DNA from: a candidate division WOR-3 bacterium
GTDB lineage: Bacteria; Hydrothermota; Hydrothermia; LBFQ01; DSFT01
DNA length: 38,509 bases
Assembly (NCBI GenBank): GCA_965649115.1
Contig: CBFGJN010000013.1
Location: 1 to 38,509 of the forward strand
Direction of reading: 5' to 3'
Part shown: positions 26,545 through 35,458 of the stretch, in pieces
Position numbering within the stretch: the stretch's first letter is position 1
Layout: each line of letters opens with the position of its first letter
Program-made: the position numbers and the translations under genes
Notes under the pieces: generated by a model
The model's database searches: none
What the model saw: the letters and a program-made list of their open reading frames with translations, nothing else
What the model was told of the DNA's origin: nothing

Positions 26545-26760
26545 TAATTGATTATCAATAAATTATAACAATCTCAAAGAAACTATTGAACTGATGGGGG
26601 GAATTATTGGGGGGCATTCGCTCCCCAAAACAAAAGATGGGGTTTTTTAAAGCCGAAGGCTTAATCACAGGGCGGGTGGGCAAAATATAGAAATAATTAT
26701 ATTTTCAGAATTGCTAGACCCAGCAGGAAATTATTGATTTTATGGGGGTGAAACCCCCAT
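26545..26760 (+). repeat. Element copy (+ orientation, ends 26725) followed by a hairpin fragment
   Basis: AAGCC-GAA-GGCTT, AGGGCGGGTGGG, AATTGCTAGACCCAGCA, then ATGGGGGT-GAA-ACCCCCAT. Confidence 0.8.
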
Positions 26761-26778
26761 AGCAAAAGAAGGTAAAAT

Positions 26779-27207
26779 TTAATTTTTAATTTTGCTTAAT
26801 TTCAAAAGCCTTAATCCTAACAAGATATATATAGCTATGGTTGCATAGAATATGTAAGAACCTATATGATGAATGAAACTTAAAATAATACACAAAATCA
26901 AGGCTATTGCTAGGTATCTTATATTCTTATCATAAATATCGGAAATTCTAAAAAGTGAGCGAGCCATAAAATAAATGTATATTAAAGTGACAACAGCAGA
27001 AATTATAATTAGAATTGAAAATGATCTAGGATTTAAAAGATATAAAATCAAAATTATTAGAGATAGAATGTAAAGGATTGAGAAGTAGCCTGTATAACGA
27101 TACAGATTATCATTTTCTTCCTTTGAGAGTGAAAACCAACCAAACGGAGCCAAAAAAATACCTATTAGAATGGGCGTTAATATAAATGACCAAGCAAGCA
27201 ATCTCAT
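26779..27207 (-). CDS. Hypothetical integral membrane protein
   Basis: About five hydrophobic segments; coupled to the protease gene by ATGA overlap. Confidence 0.65.
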   Translation of the reverse strand: MRLLAWSFILTPILIGIFLAPFGWFSLSKEENDNLYRYTGYFSILYILSLIILILYLLNPRSFSILIIISAVVTLIYIYFMARSLFRISDIYDKNIRYLAIALILCIILSFIHHIGSYIFYATIAIYILLGLRLLKLSKIKN

Positions 27208-29534
27208 TTTACTATCTTATCTGTTAATTTTAATTTATTTTCTTCGTAAATACTTATTATATAAGCACCTTTTGAAAAGTTTGAAATATCAATTTTTGAA
27301 ATTCCAGCAGGAATAAATTGCTCTAATACTTTATATCCTGAACTATTATAAATTCTTACAAGCATAGGTTTTTGAGCATTAAATATCAAATTATTTCCAA
27401 TTTTTTCATAAATTTTATTTTGTTTTTCATCAGATTTAACAGGCGTTACAGAACAACCAATTCCACCCGAAACAACAAGTGCATACTTTTGAGGTCCTTG
27501 TGGAACATTATAACCTATTACTTTAATTGTATAAGTTGTATCTTTTGGGGGTAATAATCTTACAATTTCCCAATTATTTGCTCTATCAGGTGTATTTACA
27601 TTCATTCTCGTTGTGTCAATATTACCAGGTGTTGTAGTTGTTGGTCTTACATTACCAAGCCAAAAATCTGAACCTTTTTCAACTCTTAAATCTAAATCAT
27701 TTACAAGACAATTTGAACTATTACAATTAGTACTTGCTGGATAATCATTCCAAACTAAAACTATTCTCGTTAGCATATTCTTACAAAGATTTATTGTATA
27801 GGTTTGAGTTTGACCTGTTGATATTCCACTTGTATTATCTACAAAATAAAGTTTTGATTTTCTAATATCACTTGAATCGGAAGGAGTGAGCCAATCATCT
27901 TCTGGCATAAAGTACATAACATTATCCAAAACAAGCCTTCCTGCCCCTTCATTACCATTAGGAGCTGGATTATTTGGAGCAGAAGGCTCATTTCCAAAAG
28001 GAACATCACCATCATGTGCTATTGGAACAGCACTTGCTAATAATGAAGCTTTTATTAAATTTGAAGAAGGATTTATTGAAGGAGCTGAATTTTTTGTTCC
28101 ATTTCCATACCAACCCTCAGCGTAGTATTGTCTCATCAAAATAGCTGAACCAGCAACAACAGGTGTTGCCATAGATGTTCCCATCCACCACCAAGCATTA
28201 GTTATCCCACAAGCTGTCCCACCCCAGGCTGAATATGTAGTATCACCCTTTGCCATTACATCTACACTAAATCTACCACTCGGATAATTACCATAAGCAC
28301 TCCAACCCATTTTAGCATCAATAGCTCTTGCCATTGCACCAACTGTTATATCATTTTTAGCAGTAGCAGGGTCACTTGCTGTTCTATTACATCCAGATTG
28401 ACAACTATCATCTCCATGATTACCAGCAGCAAATACGACTACCATATCAGGATTATTCCAAACAAATAAATCAATTGTTCTTGCATCTGTATTATAACTT
28501 GTTGGAGAGCACATTGTTGTAATAGAACCACAGATATATCCCCAACTATTTGTATGAACTCTTGCTCCCCTGTTATAAGCATCATTTAGGACAGTAGCAA
28601 ATCCAGAACCTCCTCCACCAAGTGGTGTTTGAGAAACAATTCTTGCCATAGGAGCCATTCCTCTATATGGCATAGAGGGAGCATTAGCATTTGAGCTATA
28701 ACCTACTGCTGTTCCAGCTGTATGTGTTCCATGACAACCTGTTCCGGGATTAGTATTACAATTAGTTCCAGCAGGAAGTGAAGCAACTCCACAACCACCT
28801 GCATTATAATTACATAAATCTACAATTTTATTTTGACCACCAACTGTTCCACTAAAAAAGCAATGGTTTCTATCAAGACCATCATCATTATGTCCTAAAA
28901 TTTCACCTTCACCATGTATTCCTTTTTTCCAAACAATTGTATCATTAGAATTTGTAGAATTTTGAACATCTAAAAATAATCCTGATTGATGTAAAACCTC
29001 ATCTCTATTATTCCAGTTTATAATAGGGTATTGAAACTCAACGAATTTTACACCTTCAAGATTAATTATTTCACTTATTTCATCTAAGGTCAAATAAGTT
29101 TGAATGTAATTTACAAATTTATCTATATAGTCAATTTTAGTATCTCTTTTTTTCAAGAAATTTAAAATTTCCGCTGTATCTTCATAATCGTAAAATAGAA
29201 TCCTAACCTTATATTTATCATTTTCCTTTACATAGCAACTATTTAGCTTTTCTTTATAATCCAAAGGAAGTTTGTATTCAGGCAAAATAGGATATATTGA
29301 TTTTACAAAATCAAATTTTGAAATTTTAGAAAGTTGCTTATCATTCGCCTTTATTATAAAAGCATTCTGGTATAAGTAATCGTAAAGCTTTATACCTTCT
29401 CTTAATAGGGTTGTTTTATAGTTGTCAAGAATCGGTCCTCTCATTTCAACAATATGATACTTCCCGCTTCCTATGGTGCTTATCTTTGCTTCATGACCAT
29501 TTATGTAAACGGCTGATAAAATGGAAATTAGCAT
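27204..29534 (-). CDS. S8 subtilisin-family serine protease (KP-43-like) with T9SS-like C-terminal domain
   Basis: NDDG, HGTHTAG, AAGN, GTSMATP; LVWND.P...LVNDLDL domain; C-terminal IYNSSG...SKGAYII...KIVK. ATG 29534 follows GGTGGAG. Confidence 0.88.
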   Translation of the reverse strand: MLISILSAVYINGHEAKISTIGSGKYHIVEMRGPILDNYKTTLLREGIKLYDYLYQNAFIIKANDKQLSKISKFDFVKSIYPILPEYKLPLDYKEKLNSCYVKENDKYKVRILFYDYEDTAEILNFLKKRDTKIDYIDKFVNYIQTYLTLDEISEIINLEGVKFVEFQYPIINWNNRDEVLHQSGLFLDVQNSTNSNDTIVWKKGIHGEGEILGHNDDGLDRNHCFFSGTVGGQNKIVDLCNYNAGGCGVASLPAGTNCNTNPGTGCHGTHTAGTAVGYSSNANAPSMPYRGMAPMARIVSQTPLGGGGSGFATVLNDAYNRGARVHTNSWGYICGSITTMCSPTSYNTDARTIDLFVWNNPDMVVVFAAGNHGDDSCQSGCNRTASDPATAKNDITVGAMARAIDAKMGWSAYGNYPSGRFSVDVMAKGDTTYSAWGGTACGITNAWWWMGTSMATPVVAGSAILMRQYYAEGWYGNGTKNSAPSINPSSNLIKASLLASAVPIAHDGDVPFGNEPSAPNNPAPNGNEGAGRLVLDNVMYFMPEDDWLTPSDSSDIRKSKLYFVDNTSGISTGQTQTYTINLCKNMLTRIVLVWNDYPASTNCNSSNCLVNDLDLRVEKGSDFWLGNVRPTTTTPGNIDTTRMNVNTPDRANNWEIVRLLPPKDTTYTIKVIGYNVPQGPQKYALVVSGGIGCSVTPVKSDEKQNKIYEKIGNNLIFNAQKPMLVRIYNSSGYKVLEQFIPAGISKIDISNFSKGAYIISIYEENKLKLTDKIVK

Positions 29535-29593
29535 AGCTCCACCCCCCAAGTCAAAATTTTAAAGGACAAAAAAATGCTTTAAAATTTAAGGCC

Positions 29594-29665
29594 TGCGGGG
29601 TCGTCTAATAGGTAGGACGGCAGACTCTGGATCTGCTTGTGGGGGTTCGAGTCCCTCCCCCGCAG
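29594..29665 (+). tRNA. tRNA-Gln (anticodon CTG), CCA not encoded
   Basis: Acceptor TGCGGGG/CCCCGCA, D stem GTCT/GGAC, anticodon stem GCAGA/TCTGC with loop CT-CTG-GA, T loop TTCGAGT. Confidence 0.96.
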
Positions 29666-29674
29666 CTTTTATAA

Positions 29675-30046
29675 ATGGTTTTTTTAATATCACTTCAAGT
29701 TTTTAATGATAGTATAAAAAGTAACAATCCTCAATATGATAAAATTATGAATGAAATATATTTTTCAAGTTCAAAAAGTTATAGAATTGATGAAGATAGT
29801 CTAGAAAAAATAAAGTTAGGAGCAATTGTAAATGGCTATAAATTTAAAAGTTATAAATTTGAAAGCATAGTAGAAACATTTAAAAGTTCAACAATTGATG
29901 GAAGGATAACTATTGAACAATCTGACCCCAAAGATGTTGAAATTTATGAATTCTATAAAGATAATAAATTATTGTTTTACATTGTAAAAGAAATTTACAT
30001 TGGACTTAATAAAAGAGTTTATGTAGTTATTTATAAATCAGAATAA
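29675..30046 (+). CDS. Hypothetical exported protein
   Basis: 123-aa ORF with N-terminus MVFLISLQ, 9 nt after the tRNA. Confidence 0.55.
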   Translation: MVFLISLQVFNDSIKSNNPQYDKIMNEIYFSSSKSYRIDEDSLEKIKLGAIVNGYKFKSYKFESIVETFKSSTIDGRITIEQSDPKDVEIYEFYKDNKLLFYIVKEIYIGLNKRVYVVIYKSE

Positions 30047-31278
30047 GTAATTTTTCCATCTTTCATCGTTAAAACAACTTTTCCTTTCAATTTCCAATTC
30101 AAAAATGGTGAATTTTTACTTTTAGACAAAATTATATCTTCACTAAATATCCATTCTTTACTTTCATCAAATAAAACTAAATTTGCTTTATAACCTTCTT
30201 TAATCTCACCCACATTTTTTAAATTTAGAAATTTAATGGGAAATTTCACAAATTTTTCAATTAAAAATTCAAGATCTAAATTTCGCTTTTTAGCTTCCAT
30301 ATATACAACACTAAAAGCAGTTTGAAGACCTATAACACCCCTTTCTCCTTCAATAAAATCAAGCTTACTTTCAAATTCGTGTGGAGCGTGGTCGGTAGCT
30401 ATTGCATCAATTGTCCCATCTATTAATCCTTCCCACAGAGCTTCAACATCCTCTTTACTTCTTAAAGGAGGATACATCTTAAAATTAGGTGAATAATCAT
30501 TTTGCTTAATATATGAATAATCTAATGTAAGATGATGCGGAGTTGTATCAGCTGTTATTCTTGCTCCAAGTTTTTTAAAGTACCTTATTAAATCAACTGA
30601 AATTTTGGAACTAATATGGGCAAAATGAATCCAACCACCTGTCTCAAGAGCTAATAAACAATCTCTTGCTATTATACTTGCCTCTGAACTATCAGGAATA
30701 CCAATTAATCCATTTTTTAATGTTTCAAATCCCCATCCTGTTGAATAATTTAAAGATAAATTACTATCTTCTGCATGTTGAACAATTGGTAAATTAAACA
30801 TTTTAAGATAAATTAATGCATTTCTTAAAACATTTGTATTCAAAATACAATTTCCATCATCTGAAAATCCAATTGCTCCTGCTTTGAATAATAAATAGTA
30901 CTCACTCATCTCTTTGCCCTCTCTCCTTTTAGTAGCACAGGCAATAGGAAATATATCAATTAATCCAATTTCTTTTGCTTTTTCAATTTGATATTTTACA
31001 AGTTGAGGGTTATCAATTGGTGGCTCTGTATTTGGCATAGTACAAACCGCCCAATAACCACCAAAACTTGCTGATTTACTTCCACTTTCTATATCTTCCT
31101 TATACTCAAATCCAGGCTCTCTAAAATGTGAATGAATATCAATGAAAGCTGGTAAAACTTTAAGACCATCTGCATCTATTTCTTTATCAACTTTACTATC
31201 AATTTTTCCAATTTCTTTAATTATTCCATTTTCTATCAAGATATCACCCTTATTTGTTCCTTTTAATAGAATTTTCAC
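30031..31278 (-). CDS. pyrC: Dihydroorotase
   Basis: DIHSHFREPG, MPNT.P, FSDDG, HAED, ATDHAPH, SKSKNSPF. Confidence 0.93.
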   Translation of the reverse strand: MKILLKGTNKGDILIENGIIKEIGKIDSKVDKEIDADGLKVLPAFIDIHSHFREPGFEYKEDIESGSKSASFGGYWAVCTMPNTEPPIDNPQLVKYQIEKAKEIGLIDIFPIACATKRREGKEMSEYYLLFKAGAIGFSDDGNCILNTNVLRNALIYLKMFNLPIVQHAEDSNLSLNYSTGWGFETLKNGLIGIPDSSEASIIARDCLLALETGGWIHFAHISSKISVDLIRYFKKLGARITADTTPHHLTLDYSYIKQNDYSPNFKMYPPLRSKEDVEALWEGLIDGTIDAIATDHAPHEFESKLDFIEGERGVIGLQTAFSVVYMEAKKRNLDLEFLIEKFVKFPIKFLNLKNVGEIKEGYKANLVLFDESKEWIFSEDIILSKSKNSPFLNWKLKGKVVLTMKDGKITYSDL

Positions 31279-31579
31279 TTTTCAGATGCTTGGAAATTTT
31301 AAAGCCCCGCCGTAAAGGCGGGGTAATTAATTTTTCCGATTGGTTTTGAGAATAAATTTTAAATAATAAGAACTTTATTAAAACAATTAACTTCAAAGTT
31401 GCTATATCTAAATCATTACTTTTAAGTTCTGGAAAATCACTCTCTAAAATCTCTTTAAGCTTTTTATTTGCCATTTTTTTAATTTTTTCATCTTTCATTT
31501 GATTTTCATATTTATGGCAATATGCCATAAAAATTAAATTTTTTAATTTTTTATAGTAAATTTGTCTTAAAATATTCAT
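31250..31579 (-). CDS. Hypothetical protein (uncertain, especially the C-terminus)
   Basis: 109-aa ORF with TAAAAT 10 nt upstream; 3' part runs through a GC hairpin and the putative pyrC promoter. Confidence 0.35.
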   Translation of the reverse strand: MNILRQIYYKKLKNLIFMAYCHKYENQMKDEKIKKMANKKLKEILESDFPELKSNDLDIATLKLIVLIKFLLFKIYSQNQSEKLITPPLRRGFKISKHLKSENSIKRNK

Positions 31580-31618
31580 AAGCTTTATAATTTTAAAGCA
31601 CTAAAATTTAAACCTTTC

Positions 31619-32212
31619 TTGAAGTCCAATATCGGCAAATTAATTAAGTTTTATAGGAGGAAATTAGGTTTAACTCAAACTGATCTTTCAAAATTAACAG
31701 GCATTTCTCAATCTACGATATCTGACTACGAAAAAGGAAATATCATTCCTTCAATATCAAACATTAAAAAAATAGCAAAAGCTTTAAATATAGAGCCAAA
31801 ACTATTTTTTATGGAGAAAGAAATAGAGTATCCTGAGCTTAATTTTATTCCAATAATTGGATTTTTAACAAATTTTGAAAAGCTTAAAAAACCTCTTGAT
31901 TATATAGGAATTCCAAAAGGTATGGAAGGAGACTTTGCTATTGTTGTAGATGATGAAAGCAATGAGCCAAAAATTCCAAGAAATTCAATTGCTATTATAA
32001 AAGCACTTTCAACACCAATTGAAGTTTTGGAAGGAAATTTCGTAATTATAAAATGTAATGATAATTATTATATAAGGAAAGTTCATTTTAAGTCAAATAA
32101 AATCCACCTTTCACCAATAAATGAAAATTATCAAACTTTTGTTATAAACTTAGAAGATATTCAAAAAATTGAAGGTTTAATCACATATATTCTTATGAGA
32201 TTAAAATTTTAA
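31619..32212 (+). CDS. XRE-family HTH + S24 peptidase-like domain repressor (LexA/CI-like)
   Basis: LTQTDLSKLTGISQSTISDYEKG HTH; DESNEP, IRK, LSPINENY S24-like motifs. Confidence 0.82.
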   Translation: MKSNIGKLIKFYRRKLGLTQTDLSKLTGISQSTISDYEKGNIIPSISNIKKIAKALNIEPKLFFMEKEIEYPELNFIPIIGFLTNFEKLKKPLDYIGIPKGMEGDFAIVVDDESNEPKIPRNSIAIIKALSTPIEVLEGNFVIIKCNDNYYIRKVHFKSNKIHLSPINENYQTFVINLEDIQKIEGLITYILMRLKF

Positions 32213-33296
32213 TATCTAAAAAATAAAAATTATTTTCATTATCCTTAAATTTAATTCTTACAAAAATGGGTTTATTTTTAGGAATTTTCTTTAAAAATTT
32301 GTATTCAAATGGTATTTGAGTACTCTGACCTATAGAATAACTCCCTGCGATATTAAATTTTATTTCTGATGGAGCAAAAACACTATCTATTGTTAAATTT
32401 ATTGGTTTATTTGAAACGTTTTCAAGTTTAATAAAACCTTTCTTCTTTTTAATTTCAAATCCTAAAAATCTAATTGGAACTTCAAAGGATAATGAATCAA
32501 TTATGTTTGATGTTATTGTTTTTGAACCTAAAACCGCCTTGTACTCACCTTCAATTTTCGCTTTATATGTTCCAGCTTCATTCAAAAGAAGAACAGCACA
32601 TGAATAATCTCCATAATTCCTTAAACTTACATTTATTGGTGTTCCTTTTGGATCAGTTAAATTTATGATATAATTTTCAGAAGTTGTCGTAGGTAATTTA
32701 TTGTATATTTGAAGACAAAGATAGGCGGGTTGATTTGAAAATCCATAATTTTTAACATAAAATTTATATATTGGTTTATAAACAACATTTAAAGGTCTAT
32801 AAATTCTAATTTCAAGAAGCTGTTTTGGATGATTTATTACAAGAGCTAATTTGTAATTTCCTACTTCATCAATTGGTTCTAAATTTCTACCAAGGATATT
32901 TATATTATATGGGTCTTGTTGTAATAGAAACGCTTCACTTTCTCCTTGTTCAGAAATAATATAAACTCTTGGAGCTTCAAATTCACTAATAGGAAATCCA
33001 AGAAAATCAAAAGAGACAGTTAATGTTTCACCTATGGGAATTTCTAAGTTTTTAGGATTTATAAATTTTGGAAGTGGTATAATTTTTTCTTTTTTTGTTT
33101 TTTTGTCGTATATCAAAATATCAAGATTACTTAAATCATTCAGCGTAGTATCAATTCTATAATAGGTATTTCTATCAATTTTTGCTTTTGATATTCCAGT
33201 TGGTGTTCTTAGATAGACTTCCTTACTCTTGTCAAAAGAAGATATAACCTGAACATTATAAAAAATTTCAGTTTGTGATAAAATTAGCATTATCAT
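32193..33296 (-). CDS. Hypothetical exported beta-rich protein
   Basis: SD GGAGG; N-terminus MIMLILSQ; Ig-like motifs (DPKG, EAGTYKA). Confidence 0.6.
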   Translation of the reverse strand: MIMLILSQTEIFYNVQVISSFDKSKEVYLRTPTGISKAKIDRNTYYRIDTTLNDLSNLDILIYDKKTKKEKIIPLPKFINPKNLEIPIGETLTVSFDFLGFPISEFEAPRVYIISEQGESEAFLLQQDPYNINILGRNLEPIDEVGNYKLALVINHPKQLLEIRIYRPLNVVYKPIYKFYVKNYGFSNQPAYLCLQIYNKLPTTTSENYIINLTDPKGTPINVSLRNYGDYSCAVLLLNEAGTYKAKIEGEYKAVLGSKTITSNIIDSLSFEVPIRFLGFEIKKKKGFIKLENVSNKPINLTIDSVFAPSEIKFNIAGSYSIGQSTQIPFEYKFLKKIPKNKPIFVRIKFKDNENNFYFLDIKILIS

Positions 33297-33559
33297 CTTA
33301 ATCCCTCCTTTTCTTCTATAAGTTTTATAAGTTTTTCTATGTTTCCTCTATCACTTAAAATTTCAACAAACTTATCGTATGTTTTTGGATTAAAATATAC
33401 TGATATGAAAGGTCTTAAAAATACAAGGAATTGTGAAGAAAAAAATGATATTGGTTTAGAAGCTTCTAAAAGAAAAACTGCTATGTCCGAAAGCTTCATT
33501 TTCACAATATATTCAGCTAAGTTATTTAGTAAGGTTTCCTTCTCCTTTTCCTCTAACAT
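33293..33559 (-). CDS. Conserved hypothetical protein
   Basis: 88-aa ORF coupled to both neighbours; FLLEASKP...SQ...PF pattern. Confidence 0.65.
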   Translation of the reverse strand: MLEEKEKETLLNNLAEYIVKMKLSDIAVFLLEASKPISFFSSQFLVFLRPFISVYFNPKTYDKFVEILSDRGNIEKLIKLIEEKEGLR

Positions 33560-34037
33560 TTCTTAAAATCCTTATGTGTTTAAACTCAGCATCACTTTCA
33601 AAACCAATGCCCCAAAGTTCTCTCTTATTTTTTGAATCATATATATATACACTATCATCAGTGTAGATTCTTCTTATTATGTCATTCCAATACAATTTGT
33701 TAGTTTTCAGAAATGAGCTATCCTTTGACTTAAAAATAACATTCCCATAAGCTTTCATATTTCTGCTGTTCTTTTCCATAATACCTGAATCGCCTATTAA
33801 AACTCCACTTATTTGATTATTGTTGTCATAAAATTTTAGACTAAATTTAAGCACAATATAATAACCATTTAGTTCAATTATACTATCCGCTAAAATTTCC
33901 CAATTTTTTTTATCAAATTCATATTCAATAATTTTACCATTACTAACTTTTTGAAAATAATTAGGTATTTGATAATTTTTCACTTCTTCCAATTTTTTTG
34001 AGCAGGAAAATAAAATAACAATTAGAAGAAATCTCAT
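33522..34037 (-). CDS. lptC: LPS export periplasmic protein LptC
   Basis: Lipobox LFSC; GNV....L.T..LYW...IYTD..V.I....GIGFESD beta-jellyroll pattern. Likely start ATG 34037. Confidence 0.78.
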   Translation of the reverse strand: MRFLLIVILFSCSKKLEEVKNYQIPNYFQKVSNGKIIEYEFDKKNWEILADSIIELNGYYIVLKFSLKFYDNNNQISGVLIGDSGIMEKNSRNMKAYGNVIFKSKDSSFLKTNKLYWNDIIRRIYTDDSVYIYDSKNKRELWGIGFESDAEFKHIRILRNVRGKGEGNLTK

Positions 34038-34038
34038 T

Positions 34039-35013
34039 TTAGTACTTAAAAACCATTGCTCCCCATGTAAAACCTGCCCCAAATGAAACAATTAAGACAT
34101 TTTGTCCTCTTTTTAATAAGCCAGCATCTAATAATTCATCAATAGCTATTCCAATAGAAGCAACAGAAGTATTTCCATATTTATGTATATTTACATAAAC
34201 TTTATCTTTGGGAACATTTAATTTTTCAGCAGTAGATTCTATAATTCTTATATTAGCTTGATGAGGAATAAGCCAATCTATCTCATCGGGACTTAATTCT
34301 GATTTTTCTAAAACTTTTAAGCAAGCATCAGCCATATAGCTAACAGCATATCTGAAAACCTCTCTTCCTTGCATTCTAACACCATGAATTCTACTTTTTA
34401 AGGTATATATACTTGCAGGCTCTCTACTTCCACAAGAAGGAAATTTTAATAAATCCCCAAGCGAACCATCTCCTCCCAAATAACTTGAAATAATTCCAGG
34501 TTCATTACTCCTTGATAAAATAAATGCACTAGCTCCATCACCAAATAATACACAAGTAGTTCTATCCGTCCAATCCATATACCTACTTAATGTTTCAGAA
34601 CTAACTACAAGGATGTTATTATAAATTCCAGATTCAATTAATCCTCTTGCCATTTCAAGAGCATAAATAATCCCAGGACAACCAGCTTCTAAATCAAAGC
34701 AAGGAACTTTTATATTTAATAGGCTTGCTATTAAACAACCTGTTGCTGGAAACGGCATATCAGGTGTATTTGTTGCACATATTATGAACTCTATATCTTT
34801 TGGTTCCATATTAGCTCTTTTTAAAGCTTTTAAACTTGCTTTATAACCCATTATTGATGAAGTTTCGTCTTTACCAGCTATCCTTCTTTCTTTAATTCCA
34901 CTTCTTTCAGTTATCCACTCATCACTTGTTTCAACAATTTTTTCCAAATCGTAATTTGTTAAAACTGAAATTGGCGTGTAGGAGCCAACTGAAACAATTT
35001 TAGCATAAGCCAT
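34039..35013 (-). CDS. fabH: 3-oxoacyl-ACP synthase III
   Basis: TSDEWI.ERSGI.ERR, AGCPG, PHQAN.RI, GNTS, GAGFTWG. Confidence 0.95.
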   Translation of the reverse strand: MAYAKIVSVGSYTPISVLTNYDLEKIVETSDEWITERSGIKERRIAGKDETSSIMGYKASLKALKRANMEPKDIEFIICATNTPDMPFPATGCLIASLLNIKVPCFDLEAGCPGIIYALEMARGLIESGIYNNILVVSSETLSRYMDWTDRTTCVLFGDGASAFILSRSNEPGIISSYLGGDGSLGDLLKFPSCGSREPASIYTLKSRIHGVRMQGREVFRYAVSYMADACLKVLEKSELSPDEIDWLIPHQANIRIIESTAEKLNVPKDKVYVNIHKYGNTSVASIGIAIDELLDAGLLKRGQNVLIVSFGAGFTWGAMVFKY

Positions 35014-35047
35014 CTGAAAATTTTAAAGTTTAAGTTAAAATAAATTT

Positions 35048-35236
35048 TGCTGTGTATAGTAATTATTGTTAAGTGCTTTAATATAAATGACTTATAAAAA
35101 CTTTTTTAGAATTATTGTTTTAATGGGGCGTAGCCCCCGAGGCAAAAGATGGGTATTTTTAAAGCGGAAGGCTTATTCATAGGGTAGGTGGGAAAAATAA
35201 GAAAAAATTATATTTTCAGAATTACTAGACAAAGCA
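35048..35236 (+). mobile_element. Full-length MITE-like element copy
   Basis: TIRs TGCTGTGTATAGTAATT / AATTACTAGACAAAGCA. Confidence 0.75.
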
Positions 35237-35245
35237 GACATAAAA

Positions 35246-35424
35246 TGCTTTGTCCAGTAAATAGTGTTAAATGCTTGATTATCAATAACTTATAAAAATT
35301 TAAAGGAAATTATTGATTTTTGCCCCCTTGCCGAAATATGGGCATTATAAGCCGAAGGCTTATTCATAGGGTGGGTGGGCTAAATATGGAAAAATAAATG
35401 ATTTTAGAATTATTGGACAAAGCA
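35246..35424 (+). mobile_element. Second tandem MITE-like element copy
   Basis: TIRs TGCTTTGTCCAGTAA / TTATTGGACAAAGCA; palindrome 35268-35292. Confidence 0.75.
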
Positions 35425-35458
35425 ATTTTTAAAATTCAAGAACTTTAAAATTTACTAT

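Noticed and set aside
26030..26778. CRISPR array or attC cassette array
   Set aside because: No identical short repeats with unique spacers, no cas genes or integrase; units are ~200-bp diverged elements in mixed orientation
31250..31330. PyrR-type attenuator for pyrC
   Set aside because: The hairpin lies upstream of the putative -10 box, and no PyrR-binding loop consensus is seen
31619..32212. Prophage or integrated element near tRNA-Gln
   Set aside because: No integrase, structural genes or duplicated tRNA 3' end seen; neighbours are housekeeping genes
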